Part shown: piece after piece, positions 39,401-54,499 of the stretch
Position numbering within the stretch: position 1 is the first letter of the stretch
How the letters are laid out: every line of letters starts with the position of its first letter
NCBI RefSeq assembly: GCF_009914755.1
Contig: NC_060927.1
Length of the DNA: 64,000 nt
Reading direction: 5' to 3' (one strand)
Source: the human T2T-CHM13v2.0 reference genome, Homo sapiens
Notes under the pieces: model-generated
Told to the model about the DNA's origin: nothing
The model's database searches: none
Seen by the model: only the letters and a program-made list of their open reading frames with translations
Made by a program: the position numbers and the translations under genes

Positions 39401-42400
39401 CCTGCACTGCAATTTTGGTAAGATGACATGAGGAGTGTCCTAGACAAAGTGGAACCTCCAACACAGTGGTGTATTTGCCTGTTTTTACTACAAGACTACA
39501 AGTCTTCAGGACTGAATGGATCATATCTTTCTTACTTACATAAAAAAGCACTTAGTAAAAAATTTCATAACCAAGAAAGGCACATGCTATACACATCTAA
39601 AGGAAAAATAGAGTTTGTAGGAAAACTCCAAAAATCAGCCTAAAATTATTTTTAATGCATAGAAAAAATGTTTGTTTTAAGGAGAGTTGAAATGGAAAAA
39701 AATAATAGATGAAGAAATATTGAATTGTATAAATTGGGAAATAGATTGAATGGGAGAGAATCAAGAAGATCATAGGACAGAAAAGAGTTAATGAGATTAG
39801 GTAAATGAGAAAGTGTGTTTTTACTTGGCATTAAAAATGAGTAAAAAATGCTCATTTTTTTAAACTAATGTACTTATTGATAGTAAGTAAAATTGAATAG
39901 CATCTCAATTATATAAGATGTAGACTTTTGGGTCACTGAATAATTACAAAATAATTACTATTTTTATAATACCATTTCTATGCTGTTGCAGTTACTCATA
40001 AATTAATATTTTCCATATTTTTGCATATTTAATATTTCAAGTCACCTTTCATCTTTTCTGTTTATATTTTGGTTAATTTTGATAAAGTTAAAATTAATTA
40101 TATGTTATTTAAAATGATGTCAATTTTAAAATGACTATTAGTTGCCTATGAATTTCAACTTGCGTAAAATACGTACTATTAATTTTAAGAATAAAATGTA
40201 TCCTTGTGACTATTTAAGCCAGACAGAATTTCATGTCACTGGAGAGTGTAATGTGGGGATGATCTTGGGATTTGCATAGTAATTAGTTTGACACACATGC
40301 TGTACTGTACAAAGCTATGTACACAGATGGTAATGAATATACCAGCCATGGTCCCTGAGATCGGTATAAAAATATGATGAAATTGATTTTTTCATTCTTT
40401 GAAGTTTATAAGCAACCATTCTGGCTAATGAGCTAATGTAGATAAGCTTAAACAAGAATATAATCACATAAATGGTAATTACTAGAAAGCAGGAAAAATG
40501 AAGCTTTTTAGTTTTTATCTCAAGTTTTAATGAACAATTAGAAGACAAGTTGTTTGACCTATATGACTAAGTTTCAATATATTCTTACAGTTTTTATATA
40601 TTTAATATAGGTTTAGAAGTATTTTTTACATAAAAATATCTACAAATAATGTATTTCTAATTATCATTTAAGTAATAAATATTCTAAAATATATATTTAA
40701 ACTAAATAGTGGAAATGCAACACAGTTATGAGTATTCTTATATAAAAATTAAGCTCTAATAAATGGAACCAGAGAAAGTTGTAAAGGAAAACAATATTTT
40801 CCTAACCGACATTAGTTTAGAAACTAATGTTGATTCTTAAGGTATTAAAAGTCATATAATTGTCAAACTGTCTGTGGCATGGTGTGCCATAACCATTATC
40901 ACTTGTTAATATGTAAAAATATTTTAATTGGCAAATAAACAAAAAGCATTAAATGTTTTCCTGAATATCTTTTTTTGCCACTTCAGTCATAAAATTTATA
41001 TAATAAAATATTTACAGAAAATGTTATTGCAAATTATATGAAATATTAGAAAATGACAAACAGCATGTTAGGCTTAGTGGTACAGAGTAGATTGCAATGT
41101 AATTCCTGATAACTCTAACCATGTCAATTGGACAGGTCCACAATAGTAGAAAAGGATTTTTAATTGAGAAGTATTAAAATATTTACTATCTTGGAGACTA
41201 TCTAGGATCATTTTTTTAAATCAGGATTAATTCATTAGCAAAACTTTTAAAAAGTATTAATGTGGCAACTTTCCAAGTTACAGTTTTCATATATATCTTA
41301 TGAATGTTCCTGAGCCCTTTTCATATTTTATTTTCACAGTGTATTTCCTGCTCATATCTTCTCCCCAGGGATGGGAGCACCATTCTTGTAAGACAAATTC
41401 TGTGATTATTCATCTTGAAAAATCTATTATTTTTAGTCCTGACACAGAGTAGGTACTCTAATGTTTGCTGAATGCATGAGCAAATCCAGCTTTATCTGCT
41501 CTTGTCTATAAAGGAAACCTTTTCAATATAGTAACTAGGGTTATTCACATTTTTTAAAGCTCTGATATGCTAATAATTCCACTCTAATAATACATATTAC
41601 ATTAAACTGCAAATATATTTCAAAACACTGTTAACCACAAAGCTTTATCAAATGTCCTTCCTACTACTTTTAAGCATGAAGACTTAATAGTGTAATAAAA
41701 TCTTATCAGGTCATAATACCTAGAAAATATTTACTTTGCATGGCCCAGAGTTAGCTACTAAAGTGTCTGTCTTAAGAAAAAACAGGTAATATAATTTGCA
41801 CTTTAGGTTTTCCTGCTTCTCCAACAGAGAAAATGGAGCATAATTTAACGTGTCCTTGATGACTTGGGATCATTATCTTAAATCTCACCTGTGACATTGT
41901 ATGTTGTTACAGATACAATGGTGACTATAGATATGGAGGGCATGAATCTTATCATCAGTTTTAATAGTCTGATGTAATTAGATGTGAGATACATTGCAAA
42001 GCAGCAAGTATATTATTCTTCTATATGATTTGCTTTCATATTTTTCTTCCATATTATTTTTTCCATATTAATTGCTTTCTTTATTACTGCCTATGTCTCT
42101 GTAATTAGCAAAGTAAGAAGTCCAGGACTAAAGCTTGAGTAATTTGATTAGAGCGCAGGACATTTGGGGGTGTGGGAGAAGGTAGTAAGTAAAACAAAAT
42201 ATAAAGCAAGCTATATTCAGAAAAAAATCTTGAGGACAATACATAATCTTCTTAAAATTGTTCAGTGGATTTGTCTTCATACATTACCTGATACTTACAG
42301 TGACCTCTAAAACAGGAGAAATTTCCCAAAACACTGGCATCTGAACATGATGCCAGATGTTTTATTTAACAGTTTTGAAACTAAAAATCAATTTTGTTGT

Positions 42401-42953
42401 CATTCATTGCCCTTTTGAGGATTTAATCATAAAATAAATCAATACGAAGAAGAAAAAGAAGATAGCAAGAATATCTATTTTACATTAAATGTAAAAGGAA
42501 ACCTTTTTGTAATATCCATCCATTATTATAACAGAATTATTTTATATAGGCAGATAATAAATGGGTTTGCACACATATTCATAAACTCATAGCAAGTCTA
42601 TTTGCTCTTAAAGATACTTTATAAAAAACCTATATAACAAGAATGATATATTCAAATATTTTTCAAATGGCTTTCAAATATTTTAATGTGAACTTTTGAA
42701 ATAATTTAGTGTATTTCTCTTCATTTAAATGTTTAAGCTTGCAAAACCTTTACAAATAAGAGAGATTGTTACTTTTTGAAAAATATGACTCATGGTCAAG
42801 CGTATATTATTAAAAGTAAGAACACCCAACTTTGCAGCTTGTCTAATCAAGTGCGTGGTTACTGGCTAACCCTGTCTTTGGCTTGAGTACACCACCTAAA
42901 GGCTTTCAATTTCATCTCCCAAGTTCCCTTAAAGGCCTTCCAGTTAGAAGAAG

Positions 42954-43122
42954 TTTCTTTTAATTTTTATTTTTTCATTATTATACTTTAAGTTCTAGGC
43001 TGAGCAAAGTATCCCAAGGACAGAAAACCAAACACTGCATGTTCTCACTCATAGGTGGGAATTGAACAATGAGAACACTTGGACACAGCATGGGGAACAT
43101 CACACACCGGGGCCTGTCGCGG
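42954..43122 (-). mobile_element. 5'-inverted, truncated L1PA (L1PA5-like) insertion
   Basis: T-rich tail plus 'ttattatactttaagttctagg' (L1 3' end, minus strand) at 42954-42999, joined to a plus-strand L1 segment 43000-43122 encoding the ORF2 C-terminus LSKVSQGQKTKHCMFSLIGGN*. Confidence 0.9.
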
Positions 43123-46100
43123 TTAATTCCTAAGTGAAACCAGGAAACACCGCATTTACTTTTCTCAAAAATACCTTGCTCTTTTTTATTAGCTTTGGTG
43201 TTCGCTCATGTCTCTTCTTTATGGAATTCATTTTACTGCACATTTTGGTGGTAGCTAACACCACCTCTTCCTTCAAGATGCAAAGAAGCACTTCTACAAT
43301 GCCAGATTAACTACCCCTCTCATTTACAGGCTCCTGGGATAAATCCATTGCTCCCACTCCATCGCTCTTCACCAAACCATGCTGCACTTGACTGCTCACT
43401 CACATACTGCCTAGATAACTCCTGCTTTGCACGCATATTCATTCTTAAGCCATTGTGTATGTTCTAAGTTTTCATCGTTTCTTCCCAAATACACTGAATA
43501 TATAACAAATGAATCTTAATCATATTCTTCAAATATGATAAAAATAGTTATATCTTGTATTATTATAGATATACTCATTAACTAAAAATTATTCTCTCTG
43601 TTTAATTTTCAGTTCCATTAAAGATTTAAAGGTATCACAATAGACACCCAGGGCTCTCTGCAATCTAGTGCTTTTCCTAGTTTTCAATTTATGAAGCTTG
43701 CTGGATTTAAGACAAAGATTTTACCTGTCAGAGATAAGATATGGAACATAAACATAAAACCAATGCAGTAAATTTTCATAAAGCTTAATTCATTCTAAAA
43801 ATACTTAAGATTATTTTCTCTGTAAATTTGTAGGTTGCTATTACTTTATTAAAAAAAGCTCGACACAGAAAAAAAGATGACAGTTTTCTAATGATTTTTA
43901 CTTGGAAAGAGAAAATAAAATAACATTGAGAAACAAAACAGCCTTCATCTGTGGAGCATTCCAATTTTTGTTCTTGTTGCTGTCGAAATATCCCTGGCCC
44001 CTGATTTCCAGCCCTGAGAAGGGTTTTTCTGGAGCAGATGCTAAATTTTACTCCTGGAGATGAATTTTTGTGGATCCAATCGCAGGCAATATATCTAAAG
44101 CATTTGTTTAGAAGTAGATCTCTAAGTGATAAATACATGAACGTGACTAGGAAACAATACCTTTCAAATAATTTGCACTGTGTAGAGTTGTAATATGAAT
44201 CTTGTTTTCAAAATAAAACAGCAGTATCTTTTTCGCTCAAAATGAGTAATCTGTAGCCTTGAGGTTTATGTGAGGCAAGCTTGCATTCCAACACTATTCC
44301 TTGACTGAGGTCTCAGAAGTCCACTAGAGCCTTCCTAGCATTTGCATTAGACACGTTTATGCCTTGCAGCCACTCAGGAGCTCAGTGAGAGAAAAGACAT
44401 TATGATTATATGTTGGAGGAATAACAAAGTAATATGAAGGATGGAAAAATACTCCGTAGATCCTAAGATAATACAAAGGAAAAGAAAATCCGTTTTCAAA
44501 TATTAAGTAGCAAATTCAAGGAATATACAACTAAAAGTCATGTTGCACCATTTACGTTTTGCAATTAAAATGTTATTACCCTTTCTAAATTAAGATTTCT
44601 TTAATTATCATTCAGAACCAGGAATCCTTATATTTCATATTACAGAAGAGCAGTTTGTTCACTAAGATTGAGAGGAAATTGTAAGACATTTTTGAAGTAG
44701 TTCAACATACTGATATGTCTGGAAATTCACTAATGACTTATTTCAATTGATTTAGCTATCACTTCCTAACTATAAAATTATTGCTATGGCTAGATATTTA
44801 AGTTGAAGAGGGAAAACTTTGAAGAAAATTATTACCACTTAATATATAATATGATTTTTAAAGCCCAAAACCAAAGTATGGTTAAGGCAATATGTCTAAT
44901 GTGCAGGAACTGAATTTACAGATTTAAGCCAATTAAATGCTTTTCTTAATTAAGTGTCAGGCAAAAGCAATGCACAGAACTTTTTCTTTAATTTAAAAAC
45001 ATCTTGATACCTCTAACAGTAAATATTTGTTGATTGATCTTAAAGTAATTTTAAAAATATTATTTCTTAGCACCATTATCATTATGACATTGTAAATAAC
45101 TTGTTCCAGGTTTTAATTTTATTTACAGCTCTAATAAACATACTTTTAAATAAGTCATCCTGGGATATGTGCTTTGATCTAGGGCTGTGGCATTTATTCA
45201 CATGTCTTCATTTAGTGCTCACAGTCTTTTTGCTATTTTTGTGCCTCCATCATCTCCAATCAAAGAGATTATTATAGCGTTGCTTCTTCAATTTCCAGCA
45301 TCTGGGTTGCCTGATACCACTTTTTTTTTTTTTGGTAGAAACCAAAGTAATGAGGAGAAAAGTCCTCAAGATAGATTTACATCCTACAAGAATCATTTCA
45401 TCTTATCAAAAACAGACTCTTTTTCCAATCCTTGCCTCCCTTCTGATAATTTCTTTTCCTCTGATGAATAGCTACTGGGGTGGATTAGAGGCAGCCAGTT
45501 ATTTAAATGTAATAGTTTTTCTCCAATTTCTTCAGATTCCTATGGGCAACCCACAATTTATCTTAAGTCAAGAATTTTTTTTTTTTAATTTAACTCTCCA
45601 CGTGGTGCTTTTGCTAATTATATCATCCCTTGTCAATTCCCTCAAGGGGCTAACAGTCTAAGAAAAATAGAATATGAATTTTAGTAAAAAAAATTCAAAC
45701 ATTATTTAATAAGGATAGAAATGTAAAAAGAATTTTAGGACAGAGTTAAGTACATAATAAAGAGTTAAAAATGTTAACTAAGGAGAATTAGTCCCTGGAC
45801 ACAAAAGAATTTGCTTCTTTTTAACATTGGTAAGACATTTTTGTATTAGAGATTTTTTTTTCTCTTTATAAGATGTTGTTCTGATTAAAGCACTTCTTAA
45901 TCAGAGTTGATGTTTCTTGTTATATAAGAGACATCAATAACAATGCAATCTAGGAATAGAATAGAGAAGGTCAATATGGTGCCCTTGCTCAGACCTTAAT
46001 TTTGGCCTTGACTAGGATATTCATTGCTAACAGTTAATGCAAATTCCACTTCCAAAATAGGTTAATCCCTCTTCTCTCATAGAAATGTGGTCTTGGTTTT

Positions 46101-46459
46101 ATAAGTAAGGTAGGAAAAAGAAAAAGAATAATAGAAAAGCAATTAATGGTTTCTAACCTGAACACTGAAATACGAAAAAATTATTTAAGCAGAACAAGAT
46201 CTTTGGGATGTAAACCTGAAATTTTAATAAAAATGGACAGATAACTCTTGTCTATATTCTATTAATCCTAAAAATCAGTCCTTTTACCTTAAAAAAGTCA
46301 TTTGCTTTGCACCATTGACTTTCAAGTAATCTATTCATTGGTTCATTTATTCATTCATTCATAGAACAAATATTTGAACTCTACTGTACCAACTATGTGT
46401 GAGATTTGGTACCTACCCTCAAGAAGCCCAAAACATCATAGTTAGGGAAACTCACGTAC

Positions 46460-46827
46460 TGTATTAGTCCATTTTCATACTGCTATAAGAACTGACTGAG
46501 ACTCAGTAATTTATAAAGAAAAGAGGTTTAGTTGACTCACAGTTCCAAATGGCTGGGGAAGCCTCAGGAAACTTACAATCATGGCAGAAGGGGGAGAGGA
46601 AGCAAGGCACCTTCTTCACAAGGCGGCAGGTAGGACAAATGCCAAGGGAAGGGGGAAGAGCCCTTTATTAAGCCATCAGACCTCATGATAACTCACTAGC
46701 TATTACAAGAACAGCATGGGGGAAGCCACCCCCCGATTCAATTACTTCCACCTGGTCCCTCCCTTGACATATGGTGATTATGAGGCTTACAATTCAAGAT
46801 GAGATTTGGGTGGGGACACAAAGCCGA
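46460..46827 (-). mobile_element. THE1 (THE1D-like) solo LTR inserted in an L2 relic
   Basis: 'tgtattagtccattttcatactgctataa' through 'gagatttgggtggggacaca'; 5-bp TSD cgtac (46455-46459) / tgtac (46828-46832). Confidence 0.92.
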
Positions 46828-47059
46828 TGTACATGCACAAAGCCTGTGGTAACATACGTACCATACCACGTATGTATGTTAAAGAGTATTAGAATTTATA
46901 TGTGACTGCTAACTAAATGCTTGTTATAGAATATAATACTCACTTACTGAAATTAGTCTTGGATCTCCTCATAAACCTAATACGTACAATAAATAAGAAT
47001 AAAATTGGATTTATTAAAAATCTTAGGTGAGTTTCTTGGTATTGCATATTCTTGTTTCC

Positions 47060-47375
47060 ACTAGGCTCCCGGTACAAGCTTAGGATCATCTGAAGAGAAT
47101 TTCACAAAAAGTCTGTTTACCAAAGGATAGACATGGTATAAAGGAAACAAAAAGAGACAAATCTATTTCTGTGGAGCTGTTCTCATCCTGAGCCAGAAGA
47201 GCCAGAGGAGGCAGCAGCTACTAGTTGTTGGAACCCAAAAAGACACAGATGTAGCTAGGTAAGCTGGTAAAGATGCCTGGGAATAAATGCACTGACCTAC
47301 CTTACTTGCTTCACTCCCTCTGATAGAGTGCAATGAGTGAGTACAAAGACCAAGAGAGAAGCAGACAGACACTTC
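47060..47375 (-). mobile_element. Old ERVL LTR fragment (LTR67B-like)
   Basis: Weak match: 'tgaagagaatttcacaaaaagtctgtttaccaaagg...ggtataaaggaaac'. Confidence 0.4.
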
Positions 47376-47929
47376 TGTCAGAGGTGTTTCAGCCAGAGCA
47401 ACTCCATCTTGAATAGGAGCTGAGTAAACTAAGACTTACACCTACTGGGCTGCATTCCCAGACATTTACAAAAGTCACAGGATGAAATAGGAGGTCAGCT
47501 CAAGATGAAGATCATAAAGACCTGGCTGAGAAAACAGCTTACGAAGCCACCTAAAATTCACCAAAACCAAGATGGCAATGAGGGTGACCTCTGTTCATCC
47601 TCACTGCTACACTCCTACCAGTGCCATGACAGTTTACAAATGCCATGACAATGTCAGGAAGTCACCCTATGGGGCCTAAAAAGGGAAAGCATGAATAATA
47701 CACCCCTTTTTTAGCATATAATCAAGAAATAATCATAAAAAATGGGCAAACAGCAGCCCTGGGGGCAGGAGGCTGGTGGTGCTGCTGCCTATGGGTTAGC
47801 CATTCTTTACCCCTTTACTTTCTAAATAAACTTGCTTTCATTTATTCTATGGATCAGCCTCAAATTCTTTCTTGTGTGAGATCCAAGAACCCTCTCTTGG
47901 GGTCTGGATGGGGCCCCTTTCTGGAAACA
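47376..47929 (+). mobile_element. MER41A-like ERV1 solo LTR
   Basis: Starts 'tgtcagaggtgtttcagccagagcaactccatcttgaatagg', ends 'gagatccaagaaccctctcttggggtctgga..ccccttt..aaca'; TSD cttc/cttg. Confidence 0.92.
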
Positions 47930-49689
47930 CTTGTACAGAGCACTAGGAATATTTCTCATTCGATTATTGGCTATATGGTTTTATTCTGTAAGGCAAAGAA
48001 TAGGTTTCTAATTCTTGAAAAGTTCTGGCTATGTAGCTGCTAAGACACTTTTATGCCTTCTGTATTTTATGTGCTTAAAATAAAACTTTTTTTTTTTTTA
48101 GCCTGACCATTTCTTCCTTCTTTGAGACTGGAAAGAGTTGATAACTGGAGTTTTTTTCCTTAAGAGTTTAACTATCCCAGCAATAATAAAGCCAGCCATG
48201 GATGGAGGAAGAATGTGCTGAGGATGTGAATGTCAAGGGGAAGGAGCAGTGCTTCATGCCTTGTTAATATTTAGGGCTCTACTTAATAAAATATTTTCTG
48301 GGATTTTTTTTTTGCTGTTTCCCAGTCTTGCATTCTCTTCTTCACCTTCTCCTACTGAGTGTACAGAAAAGAAACACAAGTAGCTGCATTTACTTACTCT
48401 TCCTTTCACTGTCTGTCTTAGTTCCTGAGTATCCAGGGATTCCCTGCAGGAAATTCAGTTGTACATAACCCTACAGTATCTCTGATTGCCTCAGGCCAAG
48501 GAACCCTGACTGAGTTGTTAGCCTGGTAAGCTGCCTGTAGTGTCTTTGTATTTTCCTTTTGTTGGTTAGTGTTATCTTCCAACATTTTAGTTTTTACTTC
48601 CTGTTTTACTATTTTAATATTAGTTCACCTACTTATTCTCATAGCAGAGTTATTATTATTCTAATGCTTAAAACCCTCAAAAGTTTGTCCAGCATCCTCC
48701 ATTTTCATTGTCTAATTGTCTGTCTCCCTCAATTCTCTGTGAAGTTCCTCAGTTTTTTTATGGACGACACTTAGCATAATGGCTGGTCCTAATTACATGC
48801 TTGACATAACAGTAAAAATGAATTTTTTAAGAAACTCTGAATCTTGAGTATTTTCTTTCTATAAATATGTGACATAGCATAATACAGCTATGTTCTTCCT
48901 GTGTGGATCTATAATAAGAAAATAGTCATGGCCAATATTGTGAAAAATAATCACAGAGTCAGCTTCTCCAGTTTATGTACTTCAGGAGTTCTAATCTCAT
49001 TCACTCTCTTAATACAGAGGCTGAAAGATAGAACAGTAATTTTATATATAGGCTTATTATGAATCTCTGAAATCATTTTTTGTTTCATAACAGCTGATAA
49101 GCACTCTAATAAAGCATTACTTTTTTTAGTACTATTTAAGGTTGTGCTTAGGGCTGAATATTCTGGAAATTACCCATGACCTCCCTAGGACTACTCAGAT
49201 ACACAGATTTAATTTCAAGTAGGTTGGTACAGCAGGATTTAGTCCATGTAGCAAGTATGATACCCACATGTTTGAAGGTGCCTTAAGACAATACCACACA
49301 CGCACGCATGTAGGAAAATGAATTTCATAAGGATGTTTTTAATTGAAATAGGCATTTTTTGAAAACATTTTCACATAACTAACACCGCTGATATTTTCCT
49401 CCTGACATAGACCATTGTCACTGTTAAACAACAACACACACTCCCCTATGTCCACTTCTACACACTCATAAGCTATTTATTCTTAAATAAAGATAAATTT
49501 TAATATAACTTTATTGTTTGCCTACAACTAGGAGGTGGCTTATAGACTAGGAAAACGTGTGATTACACAATCATTGTTTTCTATAAATGTTTTCTTGGTG
49601 CTGCCGCTTTGATTAGCTCTCTATGGTTCACCCCCAAATATAAGCTGCCCAATATTCATAACTTGAACTGATACAATACTAGTTCTTCC

Positions 49690-49925
49690 TGATACACACT
49701 CCCACAATACTCAGTTTTTATTCTATTCTAACACCATATTATTATATTATCATAATTTGCTAACGTGTCTGACTAAGTTCACAACTGTGAGCTTCTCAGT
49801 GGCAAAGATGGTGGCCTATTTATTGATGTGAGTATTATAACTAAGGAAACAGCAGGTGATCAACATGTGTTCATAGAATGGATGTATAAATGAATGAATG
49901 GATAAATTAATGAATGAAAGAATAA
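49690..49925 (+). mobile_element. L2 3' end with (TGAA)n tail
   Basis: 'actgtgagcttctcagtggcaaag' and 'aatgaatgaatggataaattaatgaatgaa'. Confidence 0.65.
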
Positions 49926-49963
49926 GCTAGGTTTAGCTTATAAATTAATTTCAAGTATTCAAT

Positions 49964-50108
49964 GTTTTTTTCTTTCAATAGCTTTTGGGGGTGCAAGTGG
50001 TTTTCAGTTACATGGATGAATTATATAGTGTTAAATTCTGAGATTTTAGTGTAACTGTCACCCGAGTAGTGTACATTGTAGCTAATGTGCAGCTTTTATT
50101 ATCCCTGA
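49964..50108 (-). mobile_element. 5'-truncated L1PB1-like insertion
   Basis: 'tttcaatagcttttggggg..caagtggtttt..gttacatggatgaatt'; 11-bp TSD AAGTATTCAAT at 49953-49963 and 50109-50119. Confidence 0.9.
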
Positions 50109-51341
50109 AAGTATTCAATTATTTGAAAAGGCTTTCACGCTTCGCATTGGTTTGAAATTACAAACACATACTTGCATTCATATATGTGTGGGTTTGCATG
50201 CACACATACACACGTATACACACATAAGATCTGAATTTCTACATTATTCCAGGTATTAGACCCAGTGTTTTATGTACAAGTTTATTGAACCTCACTTTAC
50301 ATATAAGAGAAGTGAGCCAGAAAGATCAAAAACTTATTGTAAGTCACTACCTAAAAAGTGACTTGCAAGCTACAATATCCAGGCCTATAATTTTTAATTA
50401 CAGATTGATATGTGATTTTGATGTTCTCCAATAATATTTTAAACTGGTAAAACAACCCCTGTAAAACCCCATCTTTGATAATTAGGTTTAACGAGATAGG
50501 TGACTGAAAAACATTAGAAAAGGTAAAAATACAAGTAACAACCAAGTGATTCTAAAAATAGGCAGAATTGTAACTTCCAAGAGACTATGAAAGTCTCAAA
50601 ATTAATTAAAAGAAGTAAGTATGCCTCTAGTTTATAGTAAGAAGCAACGTTGAAATGATGAATTCTCTTTATAGAAACAACAGAGAAATTATAAAAAGCA
50701 TTGATGCAATGGAGAAGTCATTAATATTTATGAGGAAAATATAGAAATAAGAACATTGTAACAGTTATTGAGGAGAAGGAAAATAATCAATATCTAGATA
50801 TCTTGTTTTTAGGTGATACCTGACATTTTAATTTTGGATTAAGGATGAATTGAATTGTATCACTGTGTTGTGTGTCATTGACTATTGGTCGAGCACCTAC
50901 TATATACTAAGATTTTTACTATGCAATACAGCCGTAAAATAAAAATAAATATTCTGTTCTAACAAATTTTAGACTTTTTCATTAAAGACATACATTTAAA
51001 AATGATTGCATTAACTTGTGATGAATGGTCTAACAGGAAACATACATGGTGTTACAGGAAGTAAAAGTGAGGATATAATATAATGTAGGGATCATAAAAG
51101 ATCTCTCAGTGAAGCAAACATTTAGACTGACTCTTGTAGGACCTTACCTTCCACAACTCACCTGCTATTAGGTATCATCCTTAAATAACAGGGTCTATAT
51201 TATTATATTAATAGTCTATATTTAGATAGGATTGTTCTGTGTTTCCATCAAAACCTAAAGTTAACCATATATAAAAAAACTGTGACATCTGTGCACGACC
51301 AGTTTAGTTATCTTCTAAGCAAGGAAACATGTCCAAGGTAA

Positions 51342-51720
<379 letters not shown>

Positions 51721-51896
51721 CCTTTATTGAACTTTTAAGGTCCCATTTCCTTCTCCCTACCAAGGAAGCATTGTTTGCCCTGAGCTGTAAAATATCTGTT
51801 CCTTTAAAAAAGATTCAGCGAAGCTGACCACCTTTTCTATACCCATATGTAAAGCAGAAAGAAGAAACTTTCCCTCCTGCCTTATCCTCACCCTAT

Positions 51897-51924
51897 TATC
51901 TGTCTATCTATCTACCTATCTATC

Positions 51925-51971
<47 letters not shown>
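51897..51971. repeat. (ATCT)n/(GATA)n tetranucleotide STR
   Basis: Uninterrupted (ATCT)11+ATC at 51925-51971, preceded by imperfect copies. Confidence 0.97.
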
Positions 51972-52154
51972 ATGTCTCCATCATCTTTCTACCTATTTGG
52001 AGATAAAGGTAGGAGATGGAGTCAGTATGGCAGAAGGATGACAAGGAGACAAGCCAATAGACTGTGTATTGCTTAAAAATGGAACTTTGAATCTCCCCTC
52101 CATTCACACAGATATGCAGATATGGCTAGTCTTCTTATCCATGATATTTTCTTT

Positions 52155-52635
<481 letters not shown>

Positions 52636-54037
52636 TTTAATGCTATCATCTTACATTCTGGTTTTCAAGATCAAGTAACATGGTTTTTTCTATTGTCTAC
52701 TATATTGTTTAAAGGCAAGGCAATGCTAGAGATAAATGGGGCTTAAGTAAATGTAAATGGCGGTACTTCTTGATTCATTCCATTTTAATTTGAAGAGAAC
52801 AGCCTCCTAAATAGTCCACCTCAGCTTATAAACAATTTTGAAGATCATCCATGTGAATTAAGAACTTAGTTCTTTTTAAAAATGAAGTGGCAGTGTTTGT
52901 AGAACCGATCCTACCTATGGCGTCAATGCAATAAAGGCGGGCTAAGAAGGTAAACAAGAAGGATATCTGAGGAAGGCAGTCCTGATCACATTCCAGTCCC
53001 ACCTACTGCAGAATTCAGACCATAGTGTCATTCCTTGACTCTTTCAGACATAAAGCGTTTTCTCATTTGCAGATAATAATGATGCTCATCAGGAAAATTG
53101 TGCTCATGTGGTAGGATCAGCAGTTTTCATCACTAATCCATACATCTTGAGGCTGAATATAAGTTATGGATTCCATTATTATAATAGTCCTTTTGTGCTA
53201 ATCCTGGCCATGACTATTATTTCTTTGTATCCTTGGCTACTTGACAGTTTTGTTGGTATATTATCAGCAACAGGGAATTTTCATCACAACGACTTCATAC
53301 ATTGATAGGGATTTCTAAAGGTAGCTCTATTGATCCATCATGTAAACATACCCTTAGGAGGCAGAGATGCTCTAATTTCCACAGTGCTGTATTTATTTGA
53401 ACTATAGACAAAGAATGTAGACTTTTATCTTTCGTAAAAATTTTCTATACTGTAACACAAGGATTTGAATCTTAGTTAATGACATAAAAGTTCCTATGCT
53501 CTAAATAACTCATTAAAAATCCTACATAAGTAAACCCTTTGAATGAATATAAGCTATGAGAAATCATGTTATTTATTATTCTTGTGATTCTTTTATACAG
53601 AAACAGGATATTATAATGGAGAAGATTCTTTTTAAAAATTTTAAAAGGAGAAAATACAAATAATGATAATTTGAACAATGCTGTTAAATTAGCTTCCAGT
53701 TCATTCATGTCTTTAATTTATGTAGTTAATCTATGCCAGAATCTCGTCATCACCAGTGAATGGATGTCCATAACTGACAGATCACACTGCTACTCTTTTT
53801 GTGAAACTAAACTTTTATGTATACATTGTCTTTTGTTATTCTCATCCTTAAGATTATTTAGTGCTTAACTATCAAATTATATATTTCAAATGGTAAATCC
53901 ACTCTCAATACTTACCTGAAATTTTAAATTTTCTTCCAAATATATTTTCTCTTGAGAAGCCACATTTCTTTCTATTTCTCATGTGTTACTTATTCTTTTA
54001 TATTATGCTTCATCTGCAGTGTCTTTCCAATTTTATC

Positions 54038-54375
54038 TTCTCTCTCTCTCTCTCTCCCTCTCTCTCTCTCCCTCTCTCTCTCTCTCTTGCTCTCTCTTTG
54101 AGACACAGTCTCACTCCATCACTCAAGGCTGGAGTGCAGTGGTCCCATCTCAACTTAATGTAACTCCCCGGGCTCAAGCGATTTTCCTGCTTCAGCCTCT
54201 TGAGTAGCTGGAACTACAGGCACGCGCCAACAACCCGGCTAATTTTTGCATTTTTAGTGTGGACGGGGTTTCACCACGTTGGCCAGGCTAGTCTTGAACT
54301 CCTGACTTCAAGTGATCTTCCCTCCTTGGCCTCCCAAAGTGCTGGGATTACAAGTGTGAGCCACCAAACCCGGCC
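54038..54375 (-). mobile_element. Alu with (TC)n microsatellite tail
   Basis: (TC)n at about 54038-54097, then antisense Alu body to 54375. Confidence 0.93.
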
Positions 54376-54499
54376 AATTTTCTCTCCAAGGTAAATATGT
54401 ACACTTTCCCTTTCTTGGATTAAATGGTCACTAAATCAAAATATATCATCTTGACGGCTGGAAAATAGATAATGATTCTTATTTTCAAAATCATATATG

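Noticed and set aside
43785-44138. 117-aa minus-strand ATG ORF
   Set aside because: No recognisable homology, AT-rich non-coding-like composition and no supporting gene structure.
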